Translations under genes and position numbers: made by a program
Assembly: GCA_951406725.2 (NCBI GenBank)
Contig: OX597821.1
Location: forward strand, 113,026,001-113,090,000
Length of the DNA stretch: 64,000 nucleotides
Origin: Octopus vulgaris
Lineage: Eukaryota
Direction of reading: 5' to 3'
Part shown: positions 12,335-24,784 of the stretch, one piece after another
How positions within the stretch are numbered: position 1 is the stretch's first letter
Layout of the letters: the number at the start of each line of letters is the position of its first letter
Notes under the pieces: generated by a model
Told to the model about the DNA's origin: nothing
Database searches by the model: none
What the model saw: the letters and a program-made list of their open reading frames with translations, nothing else

Positions 12335-12567
12335 TGCAACTTATATATGAATACGGTGTGTGTGTGTGTGTGTCATCATTTGATGGTTGTAAACGAGCAT
12401 CATTGTCACATAAGCAATGTCCATGTCCAATCTGCCATGAAAATATGTCCAGACATGTAGAAATATTGCCTTGCTTGGATGGAATATAGTGAGGGTTGGC
12501 AACAGGGAAAGCATCCAGCTGTAGAAAACTTGCCTCAACAAGGCAGCCGGATTCCCTTTAGCTTCTA

Positions 12568-12899
12568 CTGTATTTGATGGCGTATAACATGCACCTTTTT
12601 GGACCCAAAAGTGGATTTAAAAATCCCCCTGAGTCCAATGCACTCATTGTAGGCTCAAAATTCTCTCAAAATGGTATGTTCACAAAACATGTGCTGCCAT
12701 CTGTTGGTGAATAATTGCCTATTGTATGTTCATATTGAATGTGGATGCAATAAATTGCTTATAATTACCAGTAATAACATAAAGTTATACAGATAGGTTG
12801 AGGAATTAAAACATTTTAGTGGTAATTTATTGTACAAAGTATAGCCTAGTTTAGGGTGCATCCTGTGCACTCATGTACCTTATAGGCCATCAAATATGG
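12568..12899. mobile_element. Tc1/mariner (Tc2/pogo-like) MITE
   Basis: TA|CTGTATTTGATGGCGTATAA ... TTATAGGCCATCAAATATGG|TA; 20-bp TIR and TA TSD. Confidence 0.8.
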
Positions 12900-13207
12900 T
12901 ACTTTTCCATGTAAGCATGGAAAAGCAAATTTTAAAGCGATATGTGCATGTGTACACTTACCATGTAAAAAGCTGGTGTCACTTAAAGTGCACCCAGTAC
13001 ACTTTGTAAAGTGGTTAGCATTAGGAAGAGCATCCGGCCATAGAAACCTTGCCAAAACAATGGAACCTGGTGTGACCTCTGGCATTACCATTCAACCCAT
13101 GCCAGCACAGAAAACGGAAATTAAATGACGATGATGTTGATATTCTCACAGATGGTGTATTCTTGTAATCTGTGTCTGCCTTCAGCTTAATGGTTAACAC
13201 TAACATA

Positions 13208-13439
13208 GGCAGTGAGCTGGCAGAAACGTTAGCACGCCGGGCGAAATACGTAGCCGTACTTCATCTGCTACTACGTTCTGAGTTCAAATTCCGCCAAGGT
13301 TGACTTTGCCTTTCATCCTTTTGGGGGTCGATAAATTAAATACCAGTTACGCACTGGGGTCGATGTAATTGACTTAATCCATTTGTCTGTCCTTGTTTGT
13401 CCCCTCTGTGTTTAGTCCCTGGTGAGTAGTAACGAAATA
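13208..13439 (+). mobile_element. Full-length SINE family 1, tail type 1b
   Basis: A/B boxes; TSD GGTTAACACTAAC at 13192-13204 and 13440-13452. Confidence 0.9.
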
Positions 13440-13735
13440 GGTTAACACTAACGTGGCATTTAACCTATAGATTTGCAGGTAAACAAAGGAACTCATAGTT
13501 GTATATATTGATTCTTCTTCACCTGTGAAACATGTAATTGATTGTTGAATCATTGAAGGTAAAGTATTAGTGTGCCAACAGTTTGTGTTATATCTACATG
13601 ACTTTTGACAGTGTTGTTAAATATTATTATTGATAAATAAATATCTTCCAAAATAGGGTATTGTATATGGCAATGTGCCTTGAACCCTAGGAGGTCTTTA
13701 TCAGAATTTAAAACACTGAACTAGTTGTCTTACAG

Positions 13736-13834
13736 GTTGATGGTTATTTAGAACAAAAGTTGACAAACTTCTTGAATGATCAACCTCTTCATGAAATCAT
13801 TCTCAGCTTGTCAACTCCCCCACTCCAATCATGA
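13736..13834 (+). CDS. Weak candidate terminal coding exon VDGYLEQKLTNFLNDQPLHEIILSLSTPPLQS*
   Basis: TTGTCTTACAG|G acceptor followed by 32 open codons in unique sequence; no family recognised; may be chance. Confidence 0.12.
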   Translation, partial: VDGYLEQKLTNFLNDQPLHEIILSLSTPPLQS

Positions 13835-14009
13835 TGTAGATTTCTGTAATCAGATCAATAAGTATAATTATTAATTAAAACAGAATTTTCTTGATTTAAA
13901 AGCAATAATTCCTTTGTTCTTTTGTGTCATTACCAGTTTTTCATAAGAAATTTAGTGAAAATATTTTTTTTTTTTAAATTGATAAAAAACAATAAAAATT
14001 CAGTCATAT

Positions 14010-14370
14010 TATCTTTTACTACTTTCTGTTATCAGACTGTGGCCATGCTGGGGCACTGCCTTGAACAATTTTTAGCCAAATGAATTGACCCTAGTAATTA
14101 TTCTTTTAAGCCAGGTATTTATTCTATTTGCCACTTTTGCCAAACTACTAAGTTACAGGGACATAAATAAGCCAACACTGGTTGTCAGGCAGTGGTGGCA
14201 ACAAACAGACACGATGAGCTTCTTTCAGTTTCCATCTATCAAATCCACTTAAAAGGTTTTGGTTGGTCTGAGGCTATGGCAGAAGACTCTTTCCCAAGGT
14301 GCCACACAGTGGAACTGAACTCAGAACCATGTGGTTGGGAAGCAAGCTTCGTACCATACAGCCACTCCTA
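14010..14370 (-). mobile_element. SINE family 2
   Basis: Reverse-complement match to the family 2 pattern. Confidence 0.75.
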
Positions 14371-14709
14371 CATCTGCGACTTCATAATTGTAAACTAGGC
14401 ACATACATATATGTGTGTGTGTGTGTGTATTTGTGTGTTTATGTGTGAATTGTTCTCATTTATCTATATGATATTGTTGTTTAATCTTCTGCCTAAGAAC
14501 TGTCAATTATAAGTGAACTGCTCCCATTTCTATGGACTGTGTGACATTCTTATTGAGGGCAAATATTTTCTTCGCAACACATAAAACTTATTGTAGTTGA
14601 CCTCATTTTTACTTCAGTGCTTTAAACTTTTGTTATTTAGCCCCAGGCTGGCCTTGAGATCCAGCTAGTCCAACTATTGCCATCTTGTCTTTTTCCTTGG
14701 CATCTCTTT

Positions 14710-14916
14710 CTCTTTTATCTCTTTTACTTTGTTTCAGTCATTTGACTGTGGCCATGCTGGAGCACCGCCTTTAGTCAAGCAAATCGACCCCGGGACTTAT
14801 TCTTTGTAGGCCCAGTACTTATTCTATCGGTCTCTTTTGCCGAACCACTAAGTGACGGCGACGTAAACACACCAGCATTGGTTGTCAAGCAATGCTAGGG
14901 GGACAAACACAAACAG

Positions 14917-14995
<79 letters not shown>

Positions 14996-15150
14996 ACAGG
15001 CTTCTTTCAGTTTCCGTCTACCAAATTCACTCACAAGGCTTTGGTTGGCCCGAGGCTATAGTAGAAGACACTTGCCCAAGATGCCACGCAGTGGGACTGA
15101 ACCCAGAACCATGCAGTTGGCAAGCAAGCTACTTACTACACAGCCACTCT
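14710..15150 (-). mobile_element. Young full-length SINE family 2 with expanded internal (TA)n
   Basis: TTTCAGTCATTTGACTGTGGCCATGCTGGAGCACC tail, (CA)n(TA)n interior, head ending ACACAGCCACTC. Confidence 0.9.
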
Positions 15151-16324
15151 TGCACCCAGAGAACTATTACATTGTCAAAATTGCTCATGTTTCGTAAAAC
15201 AGTAAGGTGTCATTTGAAGGAGATTTGACTGTTATTTCTAGAAGATCAAATAATCACCTAGAGGTTTCCTTGTTGGCTTATGGTATATTAAGTTTATTAG
15301 AAGAGTAAACAGTTTAACCCTGTCTTTTATAATAATTATTTTTGGAGGGTTTTATTCCAATATCGCAAATCTATTATGATTAAGAATTATTGCTGTTAGA
15401 ACTCTTTTCCATTTTTCATTGTGACAAACTACAATGGAAGCATCGTATTATAACATTATTCTAAGATAAAAGATTTAATTACTTTGTCAAACATTTGTCT
15501 TATCGTTGCTGTCGTTTCTTGCCTGTAATGTTTATGAAGGACCAAAGCATTTAGACCAAGTTTCTCTTCCAATTAAAACCTTATTAGATGACTTCAAAGA
15601 CTGCATTTCTGAAGAGCAGCAGGAAAAAAAAAAAATGTAAAATATGCCAAAAACACATTCTAGTGAATAGCAGACCATAGCAGCAGCACCATTACAAATT
15701 TGACAAACTTTAAAAATTAAAAGGAAAAAAAACCCAAAAAAGTAAAAAAAAAAAAAAAAAAAAAGCTATGGTGTTTGATGAAGTAAACACTCTGCTGTTG
15801 TTTTTAATCTTTGTTGTTGTTGTTATTATTGTCTTTTATTTGAAATTTGAAAAGTTTGTTGAAGTGAATTAAACGAATTGAGAAGAAAACAAAAAAAAAC
15901 AATAGAAGAATATGGAAGTTTGAAGATGAGAAAGAAATTTTATAAAGAAAAAGAAAGGAAATTATTGGAGCATGAAGAAGTGGAATGGAAATAATCAGAG
16001 TTCAACTAAGATTTGTTCTTCAATGAGTGCTATGTTTTCGGATTATAAAATTTATAGGCATTTCTTTATTCCAAAGACTCCACCTTCAAGTGTTTTCATG
16101 ACTAAGGATTATTATTTTCCTCCCTTTAAATATTCTATTATAAGGAATGGTTTTTATTTTCCCTTTGTTTCCATTCACATTATTGAATTTTTACCTTTAG
16201 AATATGAGCCTTTGTAACCTTCTGGTAATTTTCTGTGAAAAAAAAAATTGGCAAAATTTGATGGCACTCAAAAAAAAAAATATTTAGTTTTCTTTCCTTA
16301 TATTTGTTGGGAGATATTACATAG

Positions 16325-16800
16325 TCATCTCTATCATTAAACGTCCACTTTTCCATGCTTCCATAGGCCAGATGGAATTTGTTGAGGTCAATTTATCTCT
16401 GGCTGGATGCTCTTCCTCTTACCAACCATTATCTGTTTCCCATGTAAGGTAATATTTCTCTATGGCCAGACATAATTTTTCACAGAAAATTGAAAATGAA
16501 CAACATGCTTACTTACAACCATCACTAGGGTATATAGAAGCATGCATACTCACACTCACCCTTGAAACAGCTGTAAACATATGGAATAAATATCTACTCT
16601 CTCACCTTACTTCTCTTATCTGTTATGTACATGTGTGGATGACAGGCTTCTTTCAGTTTCCCTCTTCCAAATTCATTCACAAGGCTTTAGTCAACCAATG
16701 CTATAGTAGAAGACACTTTCCCAAGGTGTTACACAGTGGGACTGAACCTGAAACTATGTGGCTAGCAAGCAAACTTCCTAACCACACAGCCATGCCTGCA
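16325..16800 (-). mobile_element. SINE family 2R (family 2 head with RTE-like tail)
   Basis: Family 2 head at 16640-16800; tail CATTAAACGTCCACTTTTCCATGCTT...GGATGCTCTTCC at 16335-16420. Confidence 0.7.
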
Positions 16801-17989
16801 TCTAATTCTTTTAAGGAATGTAAATGAATTCATTTCACATTTTAGAATACAAGTGTGAATTTATGAGCTTTAGGTCAATATTGTTATACATTAGCTCATC
16901 TCGCCTAATGTGTGTGTGTGTGTGTGTGTGTGTGTCTGTCTGTCTGTGAGAGCAAAACCAAATCTCTGTTACATTACAAGTGTTGCTATCAATTATTCTA
17001 TTAGATTGTTGTCCGAGTGCCGAACAAAACAAGCACTTATCTTGCAAACCCATTAGTTACAACAGACTTTTAACAAAATAACCCAGCAGCTTCTCTTGAT
17101 GCTTCAGTGATTCACCAAAATTGATCAACACTGATGTTTAATCCAATTTTTATTATTTAATCCATTTTTACAAAACCTAACAAGAGCAGAAGGCTTTATT
17201 ATTTTTTTCAATATCTTTTGTTTTTTTTTTTTATTTTTACCATTTCTTTCCCCCCTCACCATGAAGATTATCAGCCATTGTTATTTTTCTTTGTTTTTAT
17301 TTTTCTCTTCATCTTCATCTTCATCATTGATTTTCAACTACTTTCACCAAATAGCATGGTTTATATATTTTTTTTAAAATTATTCTTGGATACAATTTGT
17401 CTATAAGCAATATAGCAATGTTTTTGTTGTTTGATTTTTTTTTTTATAATGTAACTTGTATTTCGTTAGTATTGATTTTGCAATTTAGTTGTGTGTGTGT
17501 GGGTGGGGTGGGGGTAAGACGTGGCAAGAGGGCTATAGTTTACTGGTAAACTTTTACTGATGCATATACCGTTTCTTTATATGATGCGGAAACAGCCTTA
17601 TATAAATGTGATTATATCTTTGGATGTGTGATTAATCTCTAAATCTTTTCTTTTTTTTAATCAATTTTAGATATTTTTTTTCTGTTTTTCTTCTTTTTGC
17701 AATTTTCTGTTTACAAATTGGTTTTGGATGATCTAATAAATATTTCGATTATTTGGTATCATTGCAAAGATCAGTTTAATGATTCAAAATTGGCGATTGC
17801 AATTCTTTATTCAAGTATTGGCATTTAGAGATAGATCTTTACTTCGTTTAAGGTTCCAGGGTTGTTGTAAATCAACAGTTGATATTTATCAGTTTAACCT
17901 TTTCATTGCCATATTCAAATATGCTGCCTTTGTTTTAATTAATTTTGAAAATAACGAAGAATTTAATTAAATAATTTTGTCATTATCAG

Positions 17990-18752
17990 TCTAGGCTCAA
18001 AAGAAATGAATCTAGTATGATCCGCTGGATGTGTAATGTCAGTGTGCACACACGACAGAGTGTAAGCGTCCTGAGAGAAATGTTGGATGTAAGAAGCTTC
18101 AGATGTGGTGTGCAAGAGAGACGCTTGCGATGGTATGGTCATGTACTGCAAATGGACAAGGAGAGCTGTGTGAAGAAGGGCTGCTCCCAAACAGTTGAAG
18201 GAATCCGGGGTAGAGGTAAACCCAGGAAGACATGGGATGAGGTGGTCAAGCATGACCTTTGAACATTGGGCCTCACAGAGGCAATGATGAAAGACCAAAA
18301 CCTCTGGGGATATGCTGTGACTGTGAAGACCCTGCAAATAAAGTGAGTTCACAGCTGTAACCTACATCAGTTTCGCATAACCAACCTCAGCCCACTCAAA
18401 ATTACCTTAGATCGTAGGGCGACATGTTGTGCTCGAGGAGACCTATTGAGTCAAGTACATCAAAATGAAAATCAAATGGAAATTGTAGTTGTGATCCCCG
18501 TGCTGGTGGCACGTAAAAAGCACCATCCAAGCGTGGTCGATGCCAATGCCGCCTTGACTGGCTTCTGTGCCAGTGGCATGTAAAAAGCACCCACTAACTC
18601 TCGGAGTGGTTGGCATTAGGAAGGGCATCAAGCTGTAGAAACATTGCCAGATCAGATTGGAGCCTGGTGCAGCCACTGGCTCTCCAGAGCTCAGTCAAAT
18701 CGTCCAACCCATGCCAGCATGGAAAACAGACGTTAAACGATGATGATGATGA
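17990..18752 (+). mobile_element. 5'-truncated RTE-clade LINE (ORF C-terminus, 3' UTR, (GAT)n tail)
   Basis: ORF 18017-18262 MIRWMC...RRLRWYGHV...RGRGKPRKTWDEVVKHDL is a typical RTE C-terminus and runs into the abundant (GAT)n-tailed repeat. Confidence 0.9.
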
Positions 18753-19285
18753 TTTCTGTTGAAGTACACTGCTCTTGTTTCAATTAATTTTGGAAATAAC
18801 GAAGAATTTAGTATAATAATTTTGTCATTATGAAGCTGGTGTTTAGAACAAATTATCATGGAATTTTGATGGAAGGTTTTAATTTAAATCACTTAAACAA
18901 TTTTGAACCATCCAATCTGTGCCAACATGGGAAATAGGTATTCAAGAATAATAAAGGCAATGATTTCTGTTTAATTTAATTCATTTCAAAACAGGAAATT
19001 TGTTTTCTGGAATCAAGAGCAGTCTCGGGTTAGTTGGTATGGAAACTGGCAGAAACGTTAGCATGTCGGGCGAAATGCTTAGCGGTATTTTGCCTGCCAC
19101 TACATTCTGAGTTCAAATTCCACCGAGGTCGACTTTGCTTTCATCCTTTTGGGGGTCGATTAAATAAGTACCAATTACACACTGGGGTCGATATAACCGA
19201 CTTGATCCATTTGTCTGTCCTTGTTTGTCCTCTCTGTGTTTAGCCCCTTGTGAGTAGTAAAGAAATAGGTATGGAAAGAGTTAAA
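18753..19285. mobile_element. piggyBac-like MITE segments carrying a nested SINE
   Basis: Body matches the 6611/20362 MITE; ends GGTATGGAAAGAG|TTAA. Confidence 0.65.
19046..19267 (+). mobile_element. SINE family 1, tail 1b
   Basis: 10-bp TSD GGTATGGAAA (19036-19045 and 19268-19277). Confidence 0.9.
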
Positions 19286-20171
19286 TCTAAAATTAAAGAA
19301 AAACTAAGGTCCATTCGAGTTGATTGAGAAGCAGTAAATCTTCAACGAGGACTTCAATACCCTGGGAACATTTTGCTTGTGCTGTCATTTTTCTTTATTG
19401 TTCATTGGAATTGAATGTCTGTATTCCATGCCGGCATGGATTGGACAGTTTGACATGATCTGATCTGATAAACTGTGTCAAGCATTAATACCTGCTCTGA
19501 CATGGTTTCTATGACTAGATGTCCTTCCTAAAACCAACCACTTTATTGTGGTGGGTGGATAAGTTCATAAGTAATTGAGAGGAGAGTGAAAGATGGTAAG
19601 AGACGTGGGTAGAGGTGAATGTAGGGAATGGTGTACAAGGGTTTTTGGTTGTGGTGTAGACACTGTGTGGGACCCTTAGGAGCTGCGTGAACTCCTTTAG
19701 TACCGGGATGCTTCACAGGATTATGGTCACCGTTGTTAGATTCCATATTTAACCAATGGGTGCTTTATTCATGATTCCAGCAGCAGTGGAGGTCATAAAC
19801 AAGGGTGTGTCAGCTGAGACTGTTCGGACATGTTGCTCAGTTTTTCAAGCTGGATCTTATGTGTCATGTCCTCATCTCTGAAGATCTGGCTGGGGTGATG
19901 GCTTGTATTCATCAGTCACATGCCATATGGTCATGGCAGATGACAGAGTATCTTGTGGAGATAGGAACTGACTGAGACACTGCTTGGAAGGTTGTCTGGG
20001 ATGACCTGAGCAAATGCCAACAAATGATTGATGCAACAACATGCTGCAATGGTGCATGCCTCATATCTCATCGGACCACCTTGTCATTTTATGCTCTAAA
20101 CTGGATTCTACAATAAATTTCGTTAATGAACTTCTATAAAATTTATCCACGCCACCCACCACCTCTAAAAT

Positions 20172-20948
20172 CCAGAGTTTCTCAACCAGGGTTCATATGG
20201 CCCTTGTGGGGCCCTTATAAGATTTTGTTGTTAAAATTTAAATGCAATAAATTGGTCATACCTCTACAATGCACAAAAGAGTTTAACAATTGTTTTATAC
20301 AATTTCTAATAATATTTAATTATAAAAATATAATAAGATTACTTAGATATTGAATGGTTAACCCTTTCATTACCAACCTGGCCGAAACTGGCTCTGAGTA
20401 CAGATGTCTTGTTTTCATAAGTTTTTAATTAAAATTTTCCACCAAACCTTAGTCACAATTGATGTTCCTGACACTCGCTGAATGATAATTAAGTTATTTT
20501 ACTAAATTCTTTGTTATATTTAAAATTAATTGAAACAAACACAGAGCATTTCAATAGGAATATGGTAACAAAAGGGTTAAGAAGAAAAATAATCAGCGGA
20601 AGACATAAGAGAAGGAGGCCTCAGTGTGGTCACTCTATATGCTAGAAATAATAGTCTAAATTTCCTTCAATCCACGCCCTTCCATCTGCTTCTAATGTCA
20701 ATCTACCCAAATGTTTTCAAAAGATCTCAATTAAAATCTTCCACCAAACCTTAATCACAATTTATGTTCCTAACATTAGCTGAATGGTAACTAAGTTATT
20801 TTACTAAATTCTTTGTTATATTTAAAGTAATTGAAAGAAACACAGAGCCTCTCAACAGAATTATGGCAGGAAAAGGGTTAAGGTGGTCCACCCAAATAAA
20901 ATAGAAATCAAGGGGGTCCATAGATGAAAACTGATCAAGAACCCTTGA
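20172..20948. mobile_element. Degraded hAT-like MITE with piggyBac-like MITEs nested at a TTAA
   Basis: CAGAGTTTCTCAACC start, GGGGTCCA subterminal motifs, GATCAAGAACCCTTG end; no TSD seen. Confidence 0.5.
20362..20576. mobile_element. piggyBac-like MITE
   Basis: TTAA|CCCTTTCATTACCA ... TGGTAACAAAAGGG|TTAA. Confidence 0.85.
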
Positions 20949-21463
20949 TGTGTTTCATTATATTCTTCAGAAGAGAGGATTAACTAAGCTTTGACATACA
21001 AAATTTCAACTAAAGAATTTATACACTAGTGACACCTGCAGGTGAAGTGTAACGAGAAATATATCGGTTAACATCTTTTTTAGTTGTGATTGATCTTTGA
21101 TGCAGTAATTATCTGATTAGATATTATTGATTACACTTGATAGTTATTTGACAAACATACAGAAGTAATTAACAAACAAAAAAAAAAGGAAAAGAAACGA
21201 AATAAATGAGCTGGAATTTCTTCTTTGACGCTCTCTTCATCGTATTTCTTGCAAAGCTATTTATTTACCTAATGGCATCAATATTTCATAAATCAACAAT
21301 GTAAGGCATGGTTGTGTGGTTTAAGAAATTTTCTTCCCAACCATGTGGTTTCAGGTTCAGTCCCACTGCGTGGCACATTAGACAAGAGTTTTTTTTTTTT
21401 TTACTATAGTCACTGGCAAACCGAAGCTTTGCAAATGGATTTGGTAGACAGAAATTGTGTTTG

Positions 21464-21507
<44 letters not shown>

Positions 21508-21509
<2 letters not shown>

Positions 21510-21792
21510 GAGGCACAATGGCCCAGTGGTTAGGGTAGCGGACTCGCGGTTTCGATTCCCAGACTGGGCGTTGTGAGTGTTTATTGAGCGAAAACACCTA
21601 AAAGCTCCACGAGGCTCCGGCAGAGGGTGGTGATCCCTGCTGTACTCTTTCGCCACAACTTTCTCTCACTCTTTCTTCTGTTGGCCTGCTCGCTTAGCCA
21701 GTGGGGTGCCGTCATTCGAAGGCTAAAACAATGCGAATGCATTGTGACCAGTGATATGTAACTACATCTGATGGACTGGTCGGTCACGTGAT
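21508..21792 (+). mobile_element. SINE family 3 variant inserted in (TA)n
   Basis: TGGCCCAGTGGTTAG...GGTTTCGATTCCC head; tail differs from the 8781 copy; (TA)n on both sides. Confidence 0.8.
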
Positions 21793-21914
21793 ATATATAT
21801 ATATATTGGTAAAAACGGTAAGATAACAAAAGAAAGAAAGAGACCTCAATATTATGGAAATAGACGAAATTTATCTGTAAAATTTATTTTTTTCATAGCG
21901 TTTTTCAGATGGCC

Positions 21915-21977
21915 AGATAACCGAAGAGATGGTGGTATAGATTTCCACCTCGGCATCTGAAACTCAGAGTTTTATCT
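21915..21977 (+). ncRNA. Hammerhead ribozyme motif (core variant CCGAAGA)
   Basis: AGAUAA CCGAAGA GAU-GGUGG..CCACC..AUC U GAAAC UCAGA GUU|UUAUCU. Confidence 0.6.
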
Positions 21978-22037
21978 TGGCTACCGAATAATTGTCACAT
22001 TATTTTACAGATATATATATATACACACAAACACATA

Positions 22038-22315
22038 CAGGGTGTCCTTAAATTACCTTTAGAATTTGAAAATTTCAGAAAAACAAAAAAAATAAGGGTA
22101 ACTCAACAGAGTTTATTTGGAAAGATGGAGGCTTCTCTGTGGGCTCCATTAGTTGCAGAATACCAAGCACCAGTGACCTTCTCTTCATTGATGCCTTCTT
22201 TGCTAATTGAATGGATTGTTTTTCCTGTTGGTTTCTGTCCTTCTGTCCAACCGTCAAGTGTAGTGTGCGCCACCTTTGGTCTGCCTCAATCTATTCAGTG
22301 AATCCCCATTACATG
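22038..22315 (-). mobile_element. Possible Tc1/mariner 3'-end remnant
   Basis: TA|CAGGGTGTCC terminus; faint SMKRR and NGAH.E fragments on the - strand. Confidence 0.3.
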
Positions 22316-22317
22316 GC

Positions 22318-22569
22318 TTTTACTCTTTTATTCTTTTACTTGTTTCAGTCATTTGACTGCGGCCATGCTGGAGCACCACCTTTAGTTGAAGAAATCTACC
22401 CCAGGACTTATTCTTTATAAGCCTCGTACTTATGGTATTGGCCTCTTTTGCTGAACCGCTGTATTTGGGGGACATAAACACACCAACATCGGTTGTCAAG
22501 CACTGATGGAGGGAGAAACACAGACATACACACATACATGCATACATACATACATACATACATACACAC

Positions 22570-22600
<31 letters not shown>

Positions 22601-22755
22601 TACAATGGGCTTCTTTCAGTTTCCATCTACCAAATCCACTCACAAATCTTTGGTTGGCCTGAGGCTATAGTAGAAGGCACTTGCTCAGTGCCATGCAGTG
22701 GGACTGAACCCAGAACCATGCCGCTGGGAAGCAAGCTTCTTACCACACAGCCCCT
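22318..22755 (-). mobile_element. SINE family 2
   Basis: Full pattern with internal (CATA)n(TA)n. Confidence 0.88.
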
Positions 22756-24154
22756 ATAAATAGAAAGGTTAGCAAAGTATATTTCCATTTGAGCAGAGAT
22801 TAGTAATTAGGACAAAATTTGGAGAAAATTAGATGATTTAAGTTTGATTGAGTACATCTTTGGAACATGGGAACTTTTCATGTCATCAGAATTTTCTGAC
22901 ATTCCTCAAGACTTAGAGAAGAACAAAACAAATAAATGAAACATATAAAAGTGATTTCTTTTTTTGTGTTCATTTTCTGTTTTGTTTATAATTTTTATTG
23001 CTGATATTTTTGAGTTTCTATTTTTTTTTTTTATTGATCTGAAATACATTTTGAAAGGTCATCAGACAAGTTAGAAGGTTAAATTGGTTTAAGACATATT
23101 ATCACCATTTAACGTCCGTCTTCCATGCTGGCATAGGTTGGACAGTTTGACCAGATACAAAAAGCTGGAGTACTGCGTTGCACTCCAGCAGTATTTACTC
23201 TGACTTGGTTTCTCTGATTGGATACCCTTCCTGATGCTAACCACTTTACAGCAGGAGTGTAGGTCACCAAATCACTTGCAAGACAAACAAGAAGCCCCTT
23301 GGAGGTAGATGGCCTTATGCCTGATGTCTCAAGTATGGTAGAGGGAAAGATACAGGTGTCTTGCTTGAGAAGAGATGCAGGGTTACATCACATTGTATAT
23401 TGCTGTAAAGGTAGATAAATAAATAATCTTTTCTCCTTTACATGCTTCAGTCATCGCAGTGCAGCCATGCTTGGGTAACAACTTGAAAGATTTAGTCAGA
23501 CAAATCAACCCTGATATTTATTTTCTAATCTGCCAAACTGCTGAGTTGTAATGAGAGACAAGCACAAAGGAATACCTCACACACACACACACACGCATAC
23601 ACACACACACACACATGCACACAATGAACTTCCATCTACCAAATTCATTCACGAGGGTTTTGGTCAACCAGGGACTATAATAGAAAACACTTGTCCAAGA
23701 TGCTGCACTGTGGTATTGATCCTGAAACTACTGGGTTGCTAAGCAAGTTTCTTAATCATGCAGCCATGATTGTGCTTAATATAAATAAATAAATAAATAA
23801 ATGAAAATGTTTTGGTACTATTTATTGTGACTTGTTGACAGATTGTTAATATTGGGATTGGTAGTCACATGGGAAACAAATAAATCATTGCCCAGTTCAA
23901 GTATTTTGTTTGGATAAAGACATATGTTGCTATATAATGTAGTCCAGAAGATCTCTGTAGAGTTATTAATCAATCCTGTGTATTACAATGAATCTAAGCA
24001 ATACTTTTAAACCATACATTTGTGGAATCTTTGTCAGAAACTGAGACCTATTGCTTATGATTGATACAACATTCGGCGTTGATTATTGAATCTATAGATT
24101 TATTCTATTGTATATTAGAGTGATTTAACAAAACACTGGTAACATACTATTGGT

Positions 24155-24382
24155 TTATTCCTTTTATTCTTTTACTTGTTTCAGTCATTTTACTGCAACC
24201 ATGCTGGAGCACTGCTTTTAGTCAAGCAAATCGACCCCAGAGCTTATTCTTTATAAGCCTAGTACTTATTCTATCGGTCTCTTTTGCCGAACCACTAAGT
24301 TATGGGGACGTAAATGCACCAGCATCGGTTGTCAACCAATGTTGAGGGGGACAAACACTCATACACAAACATATACACAGAC

Positions 24383-24429
<47 letters not shown>

Positions 24430-24590
24430 ACAGGTTTCTTTCAGTTTCTGTCTACCAAATCCACTCACAAGGCTTTGGTTGACCCGAGGCTATAGTAGAA
24501 GACACTTGCCCAAGGTGCCACACAGTGGGACTGAACCCATGACCATGAGGTTGGTAAGCAAGCTACTTACCATACAGCCACGCCTGCACC
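24155..24590 (-). mobile_element. SINE family 2
   Basis: Full pattern with internal microsatellite. Confidence 0.88.
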
Positions 24591-24784
24591 TATAATAGTA
24601 ACATAATGTGTGATCTGTCTGCCAAGAAAGTATTAAATATGCAAGTTTGCCTATTCAGTTTACTTTCGTCTCTAATATTGGTGGGTTTTAAGTAGTGTGT
24701 TTGTGGATAGTTAAGGTGGGTGCACAGTTGCTGAGAGAGATGATGAACATTTAGATATGTTCTTTAGTACATTGTATAGCAGGC

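Noticed and set aside
14892-15197. Recurring ORF family FSFRLPNPLTRLW...RRHLPK
   Set aside because: Antisense translation of the SINE family 2 head; the frame is not conserved among copies
19790-20090. Possible decayed Tc1 transposase C-terminus
   Set aside because: Only faint motif fragments across frameshifts and no TIR; cannot be supported without BLASTX
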